A program made the position numbers and the translations under genes. A DNA stretch of 63,220 nucleotides, counting the filler, from Cercozoa sp. M6MM (lineage: Eukaryota > Protista > Endomyxa: Ascetosporea): NCBI GenBank assembly GCA_040357565.1. It is 11 parts of 11 records of this genome, joined end to end, with 100 filler letters (N's around TTAATTAATTAA, not from the genome) between each part and the next. Parts side by side here need not be neighbours in the genome. Positions count along the whole stretch, not along the records: positions 23,442 to 31,895 come from JBDODJ010000535.1; positions 31,996 to 35,328 come from JBDODJ010001498.1; positions 35,429 to 41,359 come from JBDODJ010000824.1; 8 more parts are not named here. One strand, given 5' to 3'. Below are positions 25,562 through 37,429 of this stretch, piece after piece. The first letter of the stretch is position 1. Each line of letters starts with the position of its first letter. The notes below the pieces were generated by a model. The model did no database searches and was not told where the DNA came from. It worked only from the letters and a program-made list of their open reading frames with translations.

Positions 25562-27205
25562 CCCTTGTGTACACTGGATAAAACGCAGGCCCGAGTGTTG
25601 AAGGGAAAATGTCTTACCGAATCGCTGTGCGAAGGAAGGGATTTTAAGTCGTTTGGGGTCCTTGAGTGGTCCGTGGGCACGCAGATACTTGCGCCAAGCA
25701 GTGTGCATCTTTTCGCACTGCTGGAGTTCATGTGACGTGACCCTGGGTTTTCGTTTAAGTTGTGTCTTAACCAAGGAGTGCTCGGTAATGGGGTGCAGTG
25801 CGAGTACATAATACCACGCACAAAACTCGCCCTGGTCGAGCACGTAGTTTGGGTTGCTGTTGGGAAAGGATTGCCGAAGTAAGCGGGCATCGAATCGGAA
25901 AAGCGAGTCGACTAGCCGACGTGCGTTCGCGCACGTGATCGGTCCTAGCGCATCCGCCAGGCTGTCGTATATGACTGCTATTTTTCTTGAAAGTGTCTGG
26001 GACCACAATACCGTTCATTTCGAAGTAGAGCATCAGTACTCTTCGCTATTTGAGTGTACATTTTTAATTCGCTGTTCGAGTTGTTTCTCGGCGAGACGTG
26101 AGGTCAGCGCAGCCTCCGCACACCGCTTCCTGCAAAAGCAACGTTTTGCTTTAATACTTCACTGTTTTATTCATCTTCACCCACATTCAACCTACCGTAG
26201 GCGCTCTCTTAGTGCAGCCCGCGGGTCGATTTTGCTGGCGAAGTGACGCGAACTCTCAGGCGCAGGATCACATCGTCGTCGTTCGGGTTCTTGCTGTCGT
26301 GGCTGCGACTTTTGCTGCGTCTCTTTCCGCCACTGTTCGAAGTGCGCCCGCTGCTTCTCGTGCTGTCTGTTTTAATTAAACACATTTTTCTGAGACAGAG
26401 GAGGAAGAGTTGAGACAAAGCGTGGCAAAACGAACACTCGCTTCTGCTCCTGGTCTTTCTCGTCAAGTGACGCGAGCAGCATGTGCACTCCTGGGTCAAT
26501 TTGTTGGAGACTGCGCGTCTCTTTCTTTGTTTTCGTCCCACCTTGTCCCGCGTGTCTGTACCGTCTACTCCAGTGGGAAGGCTCTTCATTGCAAATGGCA
26601 GCAATATCGGCTCGGAGTTTCCCTTGACGATCGGCGGATTCAGCCAAGTAGGCAGGTCTAGATCTGGTTTCTCGACCTGCGGCGACGGCGTATCGACTAC
26701 CCGAATACGAATTCGAACCTAAAGTTATGCAGTGCCAAGACTTGACTACTACTTCAGTCTGTTACTTGTATAGTACTGTACCTTCGGAGCTTTGTTCTTT
26801 ACTCGCGTTGCACTGGCTCGGAGCTTCTTCTTTGCCTTTCTTAGCGCACGTTCCTTTTCTTTTGCCTGCAGGAGATAGTACGAAATCCCTGAGAGCATAA
26901 TGACGATTTGGATGAAGAGTTACGAAAGCCTCGGCGCGTCGCAACTCGCTGAGGCGTTCTTCTTGCGCAATCTCCGCGTCCAGCAGGCGCGCTTCGGTCC
27001 GGAGAAGGCGAGCTGACCAGTTTCACACGTAAAATATAACCAGGGGTAGTGTTGATTTGATCTGTGGGCGTAGCTCGAGCTTACATTCGAGGCGATCCAA
27101 ATCGCAGCACGTGCACTCCGCGTTGCACCGGCAGCAGCAACTGTTGAGAGGTTCGATCAACTCCTCCTCGCTCTCCGTTTCGTACAAGCAGCAATGACAT
27201 GTCAT
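24138..27205 (-). CDS. Phosphatidylinositol-4-phosphate 5-kinase family protein with long N-terminal extension
   Basis: SNSKSGQYFFYSHDKQFMIKT, NTLLTRFFGLH, YDLKGSTHGR, KDLDF, IMDYSLLVGIH, YFVGIIDILQRY, ISAVPPGYYAARL. Linkage of the most 5' exons is inferred. Confidence 0.85.
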
Positions 27206-27702
27206 CGAAAGACGTGCTTTCCGAGTTTTTTTTTGGTCTTGGAGATTCTCGGATGCTTAGGGTTCAAATTTTGAGAAAGCGAAGGTAACTATCCTAAAGA
27301 TACTTCCTACACACACACGACCACGTTTGACGCTGTTGCGCGATGATCGGCTTGATCTCGCAGTGCCGACGTATGCGTGAGAAACGCTTCGTGAGGCAAG
27401 AGGGTCGTTTTTCTTCACCAACTTTGAGGATTCCGAGCAAGTGCCGCCCTCCAGCTTTCTTCTCAACTTTTTATTGTTTGCATTTTCAAACAATCGTGGG
27501 CATGCACTTCCCAAAAAAGTGGCACCCCGGCGCTGCCTGCACGCGAGAGAAAGCCAGCAGGGCATCAGCTGCATCAGCACAAGTAGACTGCCCGTGCACA
27601 GTTTAGTGGCCGATCGACACTGATCGTGGTATGACTGTTTTTTTCTTTGTGTTTGGGAGGAGGGCCTTCTTGCGTGCAGGCAAGTGCCGGTTGAGCCCGT
27701 AA

Positions 27703-29681
27703 ATGGCCGAACCGTCGCAAGTGGAGCACTGGTGGCTGGAAGAGGACGATGACGACGAAGTTCTTGATACAGCGCGCATCCTCGTAGTTTGAGCCTACTC
27801 GCAAGGCATGGTGTGGTACGGTTGGGCCCTGGCCGTAGGCAGAGAAAGCCGCGCCTATGTTGGAGCGTTTGGAGAAGCTTCTGCTGTGTGCTGCGTGGTG
27901 CACTCTCATTCAGTTGAATCAACACTGCCGATTGTTTATACGCGTGTTTGTTATTCTTGGGCAATTCAGTGGCCAGACAGTCGAGGACCCAGTGTGGTCG
28001 ATCTGCAACCATCTCATGTGCCTCGAATGTCACTTGTCCCGCAAAGGAAGCGAATGCGCCGCTAAAGGATGCCAAATGCCGCTGCTCAACAAGGAAGCCA
28101 AGCGCTGGCACGTTGGCCGCAATCTCCTGGGTACCACTTTTTTACTTTTGTACGCTGCTGGACACTACCACTCATTAAAACTGCTGCCACAGAGCGAATG
28201 AGTGGACTGCGAACTTTGTTGGACGAATACGAAAGCACGCAACGTCAATGCGACGCCATGCGAGACGATGACGAGGACGAGGACGACCGCCGTGCCGGAG
28301 CGGTGTGCCTACTCTCACATCATGTTGATTTCTCTGGTGCACCCACTCCATGGGCACCCACTCCATGGACAGGCACGAGGCGAGCTGCCCAAGGACAGCT
28401 ACGAACGGCTATTTGACGGTACGTTTCCCTGTGACTGCCTTGGTGTAGGTTTCATTGGCCCGACAGAAGAGGACAGTCTGAGCGACCATCGGAGCGGAGT
28501 GCACAGCGACTATAGTGACAGCAACAGCACGAGGCGGCACCCGAGCGACAGTGACAGTCAGCACTGCTCGACAAGCGACTACAGCAGCGACAGCGGCAGC
28601 ACGGGCGACGCAGGAGAGGCGGTCACAGGCTTCACGTTTCACACACGCAATGTCGGCACCGATAACGTCGATCATCATGGCTCTGGACAGCTTCGATCTC
28701 AGCAGCAGCAGCAGCAGCAGTTCACTCGCGAACAACTCGAGCAGCAAGAACGAGTACCCACTCAACTGTATCTTCAGGTCTGTGTCTGACTGAAACTAGT
28801 GCTGTTCTTGCTTCAGGTTAGAGAGGAACTGCCATCATTCCAGGAGCTTTTTGATGACATGTCATCGCCGGTAAATTACCTCGTTACTTGCCCTACCGGG
28901 TTAAAGCAAGATGAAACCTGCAGGATATGGAAGATGTGGAAGCTGATCATGCACCGAAAGAGACCTTCTCAGGCGACTTGCCTTCGTCTATGCCTGTACA
29001 CTGTGTCACTCCTGACATTGGTTTCTACCTGCTGTCTTGCTATCTGGGCAGTCCCTGGAACCACCGACACAACGCACGCTCTCGTTAACTCAGGGTGGCT
29101 GCCCATATCTAATCTGACTAGACAGCATGTTTATTATCGTACGTGTGCGTGTATGATTGTTGTACACAGGTCTGCAACGAAACATGTCGGAGCTTTCTTC
29201 ACAAGGTAGCCTTCCCTTCCCTCAGCACGTCTGGTGCTCTCTAGTACCCGTTGATGGAACAGAGCCCATCCAGCGCGGACTATCGCTAGGGAGCGAAGGC
29301 GACGACCAGATCGTCATGCCGCCTCGCCGCGATGCCAAGATGGTGTTCCCGCTGACACAGCGCGCACAAGTGCTACGCGTACTCTCTTCTCTTCCCCTCC
29401 CCTCTTTCGTTCCTTCTGTCTCCCCCTGTATTACCCAAGGAATGCATAGGACACGAGAAGCCGGAGTCGCGGCAGCACCGGGGCCTACGCGCTGCCCGAC
29501 GGCACGAGCAACAGTCACAGTCGACTGCTCGAGGAGTCCATCGATCTCAGCAGTGCCTCGCATAGCAGTGCCTCGGAAGTCGACGTTGACCAGGTAGTTC
29601 GCTTGCCCTCTTGCCTTGTTGAATCCTGGGTCTACTTTCTTGCAGATTCAGGTCACGCCTCTGTCAAGTGACACGAACTGA
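27703..29681 (+). CDS. RING-finger protein with BARD1/BRCA1-like N-terminal RING and disordered SQ/TQ-containing tail
   Basis: Spliced: MLERLEKLLLCAACGQTVEDPVWSICNHLMCLECH...ECAAKGCQMP...LLERMSGLRTLL. The remainder is acidic and Ser-rich. Stop at 29681. Confidence 0.65.
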
Positions 29682-30101
29682 AACTGGAGTTCCCACTGGC
29701 TCCGTATAGTACTAGCGTGGCATGGAAGTATTATGGTCGGATACTCAGTGATCTAAACTCCGTTCGCTCCGCTCAGCTTGAACGTTGGAACTGGAAAAAA
29801 AGCTGAATGTTGTTGCAGCTGACTGATGGTGCGTTTCTTGACCACCTGGCGGCTTGAACGACCACTGACATATGCAGTAGATAGGATACCTGTTAGAGTG
29901 CTCGCAGCACAGAGCAGGCGAATTGGTGCCAAAGCCCAGCCGCAGCCTGGTCGTTGCTCCCAAGCTGGTTGCTGCCCGACTGGGGTGCTCCTTTTATGAC
30001 CGATCGACCCAACGTTGCTGCTGTCCGATCATTCAATATTCGGCAAGTGATTGCTAGATTAGAGTCTGTGTAGAGACGTACAGATCCTGCAGTAGTCTTT
30101 G

Positions 30102-31895
30102 ATGAGGTGTGTTAGGTCGCTCGAATCTGTGCAAAGCAGAGCTGATGCAAAAACAAAAAAAAAAGAACAGTGAATCAGTTTTTTGATGTGCCGGGTGTAC
30201 AGCACTGTTGGTTGGTTTGTTTTGCAGACTGTTGCTGGCGCTGCTGCTGGCCGGCGTGTCGGCACGCAAGGCGATTCGGCAGCAGGACCGATCGCAAGGC
30301 GCACGGCTGTTGGTAGGGTCTGTGTGCCTGGGCAGGGGGACAGGCACAGTGAGCTGGTACCTCTGTATTCGACTGTGTTGGCAGGGCGAGCCTTCTGTCG
30401 GTGCTTGGCGCGACCAGGCATCGCACACGAGGCACATGGAACACGTGCACGAGCTGGCGTCGCAGGGACACTCGGAGTGGTTGGTGACACTGAAGCACCC
30501 AGTGACTGACAAGGCTGTCCAGGCACTGCGTCGCACGGTGGAGGTACTCCTGGCACATGCTGACCCACCCAGTCTGTAGCCTGTGTATCACGCAGGCACG
30601 AGGCGGCGTACTCGGTGCACACGTGCCGCATGACACGTGGCACGTACACCTCCCGACTGACGGTGGTGACGGTGACTACACCGTCAGTAGTGTCACTGGG
30701 ACCGATCACTCGGTGCTGGCGACAGTGCAGCAACTGAGTCGGACGGTTTCACTGCCGGTGCTGACACTGCAGCCGCTGATGTGGCAGCACAAACTCGAAG
30801 TGGCTTCGCTGGGACATTTGGCGCTGCACAACGATCGGCACCACGTGTGCCCTTGGCTTTACCCCCCTGTTTACCCCCCTTTGACCCTCTTCGACCTCTT
30901 TACCTCCCTCTCACCCTTTGACCCTCTTCCTTGACCCCTCCTTGCCCCCTCTTACTGCCCATTTCTTTTTGTAGAAAGGCAAACGACAAGGAGGCGTTCC
31001 ACGCGCACCAGTTCATTGTGAACCTGTCGCCGGTCGTTCGCGCGGACACGTCGTTGCTGACGCAGCTGCGAAGTGACCTCTCCGCGCGGACGGGTCTGTC
31101 AGAGTCGCGTCTGCGTCTACACGCTGTGAGCAAGAGCAACGCGCAACTTTTGCGTGTCGAAATCACCGACGTTCCCGAGTATAACTTACCCCCCCCCTTT
31201 ACCCCTTAACCCCCTTATACCCCTATACCCCTTGACCCCCTTTTACCCCTCCCTTTAACCCCTGTTTTACCCCTTTGATCTTTGTGCCTACAGCGAGGAA
31301 GAGAGCGAGAGAGCAGAGGTGGCACAGGTTGCACGGGCACTTGCAGAGCATCCGCAGATTGGTATATCTATCTGTTTGTACATATATCCATATATATATC
31401 CATATATATCCATATATATATATATATATCCATATATATATCCATATATATATCCATGTATATATATATATCCGTATATGTATGCAAATTATACTTGTGC
31501 AGTCTACGTCGAAAGACGTCGCAAGCAGAAGCTTCTCAACCTGGATGCAGGTATCTTGTCCCCCTCCCCTTTTACTCCCCTCTCTTTCACCCTCTCTTTT
31601 ACCCCCTCTCTTCCTCCCGTAGCAGCCGTCCTCGAGAGCGGATGGACCGACGTGCGTCCACTTACGGACGCTTCTTCGAACATCGGTGGACCGGTATTGC
31701 CCTCTGTGGGGGAGGGGGTAAAGAGCGGGTGTAAAGAAGGGAGTTGAGAGCGGAGTAAAGAGCGGAGGAAAGAGGGGGTAAGAGGGGGGTAAAGAGGGGG
31801 GTATAAGTGTGCGTGCAGAGCGTGCAGACCCCGGCGGAGGCATCGCGGCCCTTCACGGCGGCGGGACTGACGGGCGCCGGCGAGATCGTAGCCAC
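30102..31895 (+). CDS. Secreted subtilisin-like S8 protease (KP-43/TagC-type), signal peptide + prodomain + start of catalytic domain (3' truncated)
   Basis: Signal [13 protein letters not shown]; [10 protein letters not shown]; [24 protein letters not shown]. Ends [12 protein letters not shown], just before the catalytic Asp motif, at the contig edge. Confidence 0.7.
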
Positions 31896-31995
31896 NNNNN
31901 NNNNNNNNNNNNNNNNNNNNNNNNNNNNNNNNNNNNNNNTTAATTAATTAANNNNNNNNNNNNNNNNNNNNNNNNNNNNNNNNNNNNNNNNNNNN

Positions 31996-32120
31996 GGCGA
32001 AGCGAGTAGTCGCGACGACGACGACGAGCGGCCACTGCGCCCGATGAAACCGAGCGACCGCGCGGAACACTACGGCAGCGACAAGGTTGTTGGCCTCTCT
32101 CTCTCTCTCATCGTTGTCTC

Positions 32121-32179
<59 letters not shown>

Positions 32180-32924
32180 TTGAACCAGTCGGAAGGAGAG
32201 AGACAGGCAGAGACAGAGGCAGAGGCAGAGGCAGAGGGACACGTGCGGAGTCAGAGTGAGCACTCAGTGATCGATCACTCAGTGATCAGTGATCGCAGTG
32301 ATCATGACGGTGGCACTGACACCGACAGTGACGGTGACACTCAGCAGGACCGCTGCCTCTTCTGTCAGAGCGTCGTGCCCAGCGGCGACGAGGCCGCACT
32401 CGACGCGCACATGGCGCACGACTGTCCCGTGCTCATGGCCTGCTCGTACCCTTCTTTACCCCCCCACACCCTTTGACCCCTCCCCTCCTCTATCTCTCTC
32501 TGTATCCCCAGATGCTGCGACAACTTCGTGGAGGCCTTCCTGTACGACGCGCACCTGCGCGAGGAGTGCTCGGCGCGCCCGGTGCTGCAGCGCTGCGACA
32601 CCTGCCGCGTGGCCGTGCCGGTCGACGACTTTGTCGCTCACGTCGCCAAGGGCCTGTGCCGACCGCCGTATCTTATTTTTACCTCTCGCTCCACCCCTCT
32701 ACCCTCTACACCCTCCCCCCATAGAGACAGTGCCGACAGCACGCGGTGTCCCTGGTGCATGGCCTCCTTCCCTAGCTGTGCTTCCTCTGGTAGACTCGTC
32801 TTCCCTCCCAGTCTGCATCGGAGCTATTATCCCCCTTGTGTCAGAGGAGAACGATGACGCCTTTCAAGCCGTGACACACCACCTGGTGCACGAGTGTCGG
32901 CACAACCCGCGCCGACGCCGCTGA
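31996..32924 (+). CDS. CEP104: CEP104-like C-terminal C2HC zinc-finger array (5' truncated)
   Basis: CLFCQ...ALDAHMAHDCPVLMAC..C...EAFLYDAHLREEC...RCDTC...HVAKGLC...RCPWC...HLVHECRHNPR follows the four-finger pattern of CEP104. Confidence 0.7.
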
Positions 32925-33036
32925 CTTTCTACAGGGGTCTCAATTCGACGGATTTTAGCTAGTGGGGCAGCAGTAATTACAGTGGCACCACACAGTCAAG
33001 TAGCTCTGTATCGGTCAGCAGACAACAGTAACTCGA

Positions 33037-33850
33037 CTAAGCTTGCGTTGTTTGATGCAGAAACAAATGAGACGCCAGGCAGACAGCGGAGAGGACGCAC
33101 AGCGTCGACGGCAGGTATTTGAGGGCAGACAGCACGCTTGCGACCCGAGATCCACTGGCAGTGTCTGTGAGCCCTGCGTCTCGTGGCTGAGTAGTGTTCG
33201 AACTGAAAGCGATTTGGTGGCACTGGCACTGCGCATCGTCTACCGGAGCAGGCAGTGCTAACGGCGACTCGAAGACGCACTTTTCCTCTGCAGAATCTTG
33301 AAGTGCTGTCAGCGAGACTACGGGAACCAACTGCAGGCCAAGATCGGGCATCTGCGTTCAAGCAAAACAACGTCAGCTGTTGTATGATACCAGTCATATC
33401 ACTCAGAAATTCAACCTTGGAAAAGTAAGAAGGGTACATATCTCCAAGGCCACTCGACGATAGAAGATTCAGGTGTCGTTTCGCCTGCATTTCTCCTGCC
33501 TGAGAACTCGAGAAACTTGCTGCAAATTCGAGCGCCGCTTCTCCAGCACTCAAGAACCTTGCTGTGGAAAGAAGATATAAATGTCTCATCACGAAGCACG
33601 ATGACTGGACTCCATAACTGTACAAACTCAAACTGCCTCGTGAACGGAATGCATGATGGTTCGATTTCAGTTTACGATTATGGTGCAGAGTGAAGCTGTC
33701 AGTGCGCATTTGAGCGCATGCAAAAACATCTTGGGACCAGCGGTAAGTTCGATCTGTCGCAAACACAGCAAACCAGACACAGCGGCGCGTCCGGCTCGGT
33801 CCCTGCAATCTGCAATGGTTTTCCCAGTCCGTCTTTGCATCCGCGCGGAA
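33037..33850 (-). CDS. Hypothetical protein with hydrophobic C-terminus (structure uncertain)
   Basis: Open frames with intron-like interruptions, ending ...SVLSALKYLPSTLCVLSAVCLASHLFLHQTTQA*. Start not resolved. Confidence 0.3.
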
Positions 33851-33959
33851 GCGATCAATACACAGCGTGAGCCGTATCAACCGGGTCAGGAGGTGACAGA
33901 GAAAAGCTTGCGGCTGGCTAGAACGCTCGGCGAATTCGAACGGAACGCAACCATAAGCG

Positions 33960-34183
33960 GGGTATGGCGGGCTTTTTCGAGGCAAAATCTGAATTAAAGA
34001 GAGGTTAAGGGGAAGGGGGTAAGGGCTAAAGGGGTAAGGGGCTATAAGGGGTAGGGGTAAGGGGGTAAGGGGAGCAAAGGGGGTAAAAGAGGGGAAGGCG
34101 GGTTAAGCGTTATGGGGGTAAGGGGTAGATGTTTGGGGTGCTCGGTTTTGCCTCGAACAACCCCGCCATACGATTGGATACCC
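33960..34183. mobile_element. MITE (Mutator- or hAT-like) with a GGGGTAA-repeat interior
   Basis: 26-bp inverted arms at 33962-33987 and 34146-34171 (24/26 identical). Termini GGGTAT...ATACCC. Direct repeat (C)CATAAGCG at 33951-33959 and 34183-34191 gives an 8-9-bp TSD. Confidence 0.75.
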
Positions 34184-34333
34184 CATAAGCGTACTTAGCG
34201 TTCGACCGGTTGAACGGAAGTAAGAAACGAAGTAACCAGCGCAGCGCCGCAAACGACCGAAATTGAGCGCAGCCCACGTTAGGTTATACGTAAGGTAACG
34301 ACTTGCTATTCTCGAATACCATACGTCAGCAGG

Positions 34334-35320
34334 TCAGAAGCGAGCGATGAGAGACGCGTCGGCGCTGATGTCGGCAGCCGCTTGTTCCGACGACGAGTGT
34401 TGTTGGTGCACCCGACGGTGCTCGTCGTGACGCCTGTGTGAAAGCGGGTGACGAGCCGGGTGACGAGCACGCGGACCTTCACCGTTGCGCCGCGGCACCA
34501 CCGGGGACATATTGGGCGCGTGGAACTACGATCGTAATATTCACAGGAACCTAGCTGTGGTACAAACGACAAGGAGGAAGCAGTACCGAAGGCATCTCCA
34601 GTAGAGAGGCATCGGCGGCAGAGTCGTCGCGAGTGGGACGATGTGGTGTCTCGTGTCCGCTAAGCTGGTGCAGCGAGTCGGCTGCAAGGAAGAGCGCGCG
34701 TGGCCTCATGCCCGAGTCGTCACTCACCGCCTGTCGTCTGCTTGCACACAAACATACACACGCAGACATACACCTACACACATGAACACAACACGCACAC
34801 ATAAATACAAAAGCTACGGTGCGAGACGGCGTGGTGCAAGCAGCGACATGTTGAGGTCGTACGTTGTGTTACCAGTGTGATTCTGCTGCTGCGACTGCTG
34901 CTGCTGTAGTTGTCGTTGCCGGTGCTTGTGATCTCCGTGTGCAGAGGTATCGTCGGCATGTGTGCCCCTGCTGGCGTTATGCGTGTTCTTGTCATTGTCG
35001 CCACTATTGTCACCGGCACTACTGCTGCTGTCCTCATTACTGGCACTGGCACTCTGCGTCGAGTCGCCGGAGTGTTCCTGCTGCTGCTTTTGCTGCTGCA
35101 GTCGAAACAAGGCCGTCGTATCGTCGCTCGCCACGCAACGCAGTGCGCGTTGCAACCACGCCTCCGTGTCTTCCTTGCCTACCAACACGTAGCCTCCCAT
35201 TTCAAACTGTGTACGCGTGTACATAAGTGTACCATGTGTACCGCGTGTCGACAGAGTGAGCGCACGCTGCAGAGCGTCCACGGCGCACTCAGCGTCACTG
35301 CTGTCGCCAACACTGCCTCT
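34334..35320 (-). CDS. 3' part of hypothetical low-complexity protein (5' truncated)
   Basis: GT-AG spliced frame ...GGYVLVGKEDTEAWLQRALRC...(Q/S/D-rich)...ADISADASLIARF*. Confidence 0.5.
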
Positions 35321-35428
35321 AAAAAAAANNNNNNNNNNNNNNNNNNNNNNNNNNNNNNNNNNNNNNNNNNNNTTAATTAATTAANNNNNNNNNNNNNNNN
35401 NNNNNNNNNNNNNNNNNNNNNNNNNNNN

Positions 35429-35476
<48 letters not shown>

Positions 35477-35562
35477 CCAACAAGACGGAGTACACGACAG
35501 CTGAAATCGACGGCTTTAACAAGACCTCGAAACGCCTGAAACTCCTCCCTTCAATGGACTAG
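35477..35562 (+). CDS. Terminal exon fragment of unknown gene
   Basis: After a (GT)n intron acceptor: NKTEYTTAEIDGFNKTSKRLKLLPSMD*. Confidence 0.4.
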
Positions 35563-36161
35563 CTAGCTGTTGGCGTAAGTATACAAAACATGCTATTGAG
35601 AAAGATGCACACGCGAGTTTCCAATGTTCTGAACCTTTCGGCAAGCACCCACCTCAAATTGATGCTAAATTTTATTTGGTATTTATTTTATGTTTAAAAA
35701 GTACTTAGTTCAAGGCTCGAACAAAAATCACTCGAGCTCGTAAGTTACAGAAAAGGTCGGTGGACTGAAGGCACATAAATTGTTACTGTCAGTCACGCAC
35801 GACTAACCTCTGTGAGACGACAAAATGGTCAGCTGCGGCAGTATGATACATGCTCTGCAGTTCGACCAATATCTTTGCTGGGCCAAGTGGACAGTCAGTG
35901 TCCAAACTCAACCGAACTGAACTTGCATGAGCAAATACAGTACAGTGAAAGACAAACATTAAGTTTAACTTACTCCAGTATGTTTAAATTGAAGTTTCAG
36001 TTGTCCAACCAACAGGAAGTTTCGTTTGATATGAGTTCCGTTTAAACCCTGCGGGTTGTAGGGGTGAAGTTTCGGGGTTGCCCCTGTTTTCAAATGGCAT
36101 GTTTCGCGTCGCAATAGTGATGTTTGATGATGCTGCTTGAGAAGCTGTCTTTTGGATTCGA

Positions 36162-36984
36162 TTACTGTTCCTTCTGCGACAACTTGACGCCACGTACGTC
36201 TGCAGCCGAGCGGTCAAGCAAGTCGTCAAGACCCTGGTGCTTGTCGATCGTGCTTGGTCCACCTGCGACCCAGATTAGATAGGGTAGGAGTGCGTTGGCA
36301 ACATGAGGGCATACGGCTTGTTTATTTACTGGAAGGATTGACTCACTTTACCATGGGCATGCACTCCAGTGTACAGCTTTTTGTCAGTGAGTCGCTTTGA
36401 GGCCCGTGCTTTTGTTGTGCCAGACAATCGAGGGCGTGCTTTCGTCAACCGGTTTAACAGCACGTTGAGAGACAGTTTCGACTTGGTACTCAACTCCGGA
36501 AGCATCTCTTCAAACCTGTAAAAACGCTTTATATCTGTTCTGTTTACGAAGCGAAGTGAGGTGTCTTACGTTGTGAAGTCGATCTTATGCGCTCCTCGTG
36601 CTTTGTACCTAAACTTACAGTTGTTTTCACAATTGACAGCGCATCGGAACACACTTCAAGTGTCACATGATCTCAGCGGCAGTTAAAGTTGTTTAAGGTC
36701 TATGAGTACTGTACTTTGTGAATAGCAAGTCGGCGCTAGTGCGTGTCAGACCCTTCTTCGTAATCACTTCTGCGTCCTGTAGCATTTTGATGAAAGCACG
36801 ACCGTCCATCATATTGCTGGATTCAAAGTGGATTCAAACTGAGCGACAGATCGAGGACTCACTAAACACACCTGACAGTGTTCGCCGACGCCCCGAAGTT
36901 GGAAAACTCTTGAAAAGCTTCATGCAGCTGAGTCTCGCGAGCCTCACCAATGGTCGAGCGAAGCTCTCCAATGTCAGACGCCAT
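36162..36984 (-). CDS. TPPP: TPPP/p25-alpha domain protein (short protist type)
   Basis: MDGRAFIKMLQDAEVITKKGLTRTSADLLFTKYKARGAHKIDF...RLTDKKLYTGVHAHGGPSTID...LLDRSAADVRGVK. Confidence 0.85.
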
Positions 36985-37429
36985 TTGAATTATTGCCTGT
37001 CAAACGCTCTGGTCTTCAACAAGGTACTACGAAGGATATGTAGGCTCGTGTATGTGTCTCCACCGGAAGCGAAATCTAATCCGGTCACAATCAGCGTTTT
37101 TCATCGGCAAATTATGAACTTGACCCGGTGGGTTGTGACCGTTTTTGGGGTTCAGTTTCTCTATACCTGGTACATCCAGTGAGTCAAAATTACTCTAAGT
37201 TTTACAATAAAAGTTCCGTTCCGTAATTTACCGGGTATATGCTACTGCGCTAGATATTCTGTAAATTTAGGCCCTACTGTATCTAAATTTACATGACTGA
37301 CTCCGGCTCAGCGAAACTGCTGAAATGACTTCAGTTCAGCTCAGATAACTTTCGTTTAAAACTTAAATTTATTTTAAACTGGAAATTGAGATTGAATTGA
37401 CAACGTTAACCGTCAGGCGTCAGTTTCGC

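Noticed and set aside
27257-28111. 284-aa minus-strand ORF
   Set aside because: Antisense shadow: T-rich introns and a coherent RING protein splice on the plus strand.
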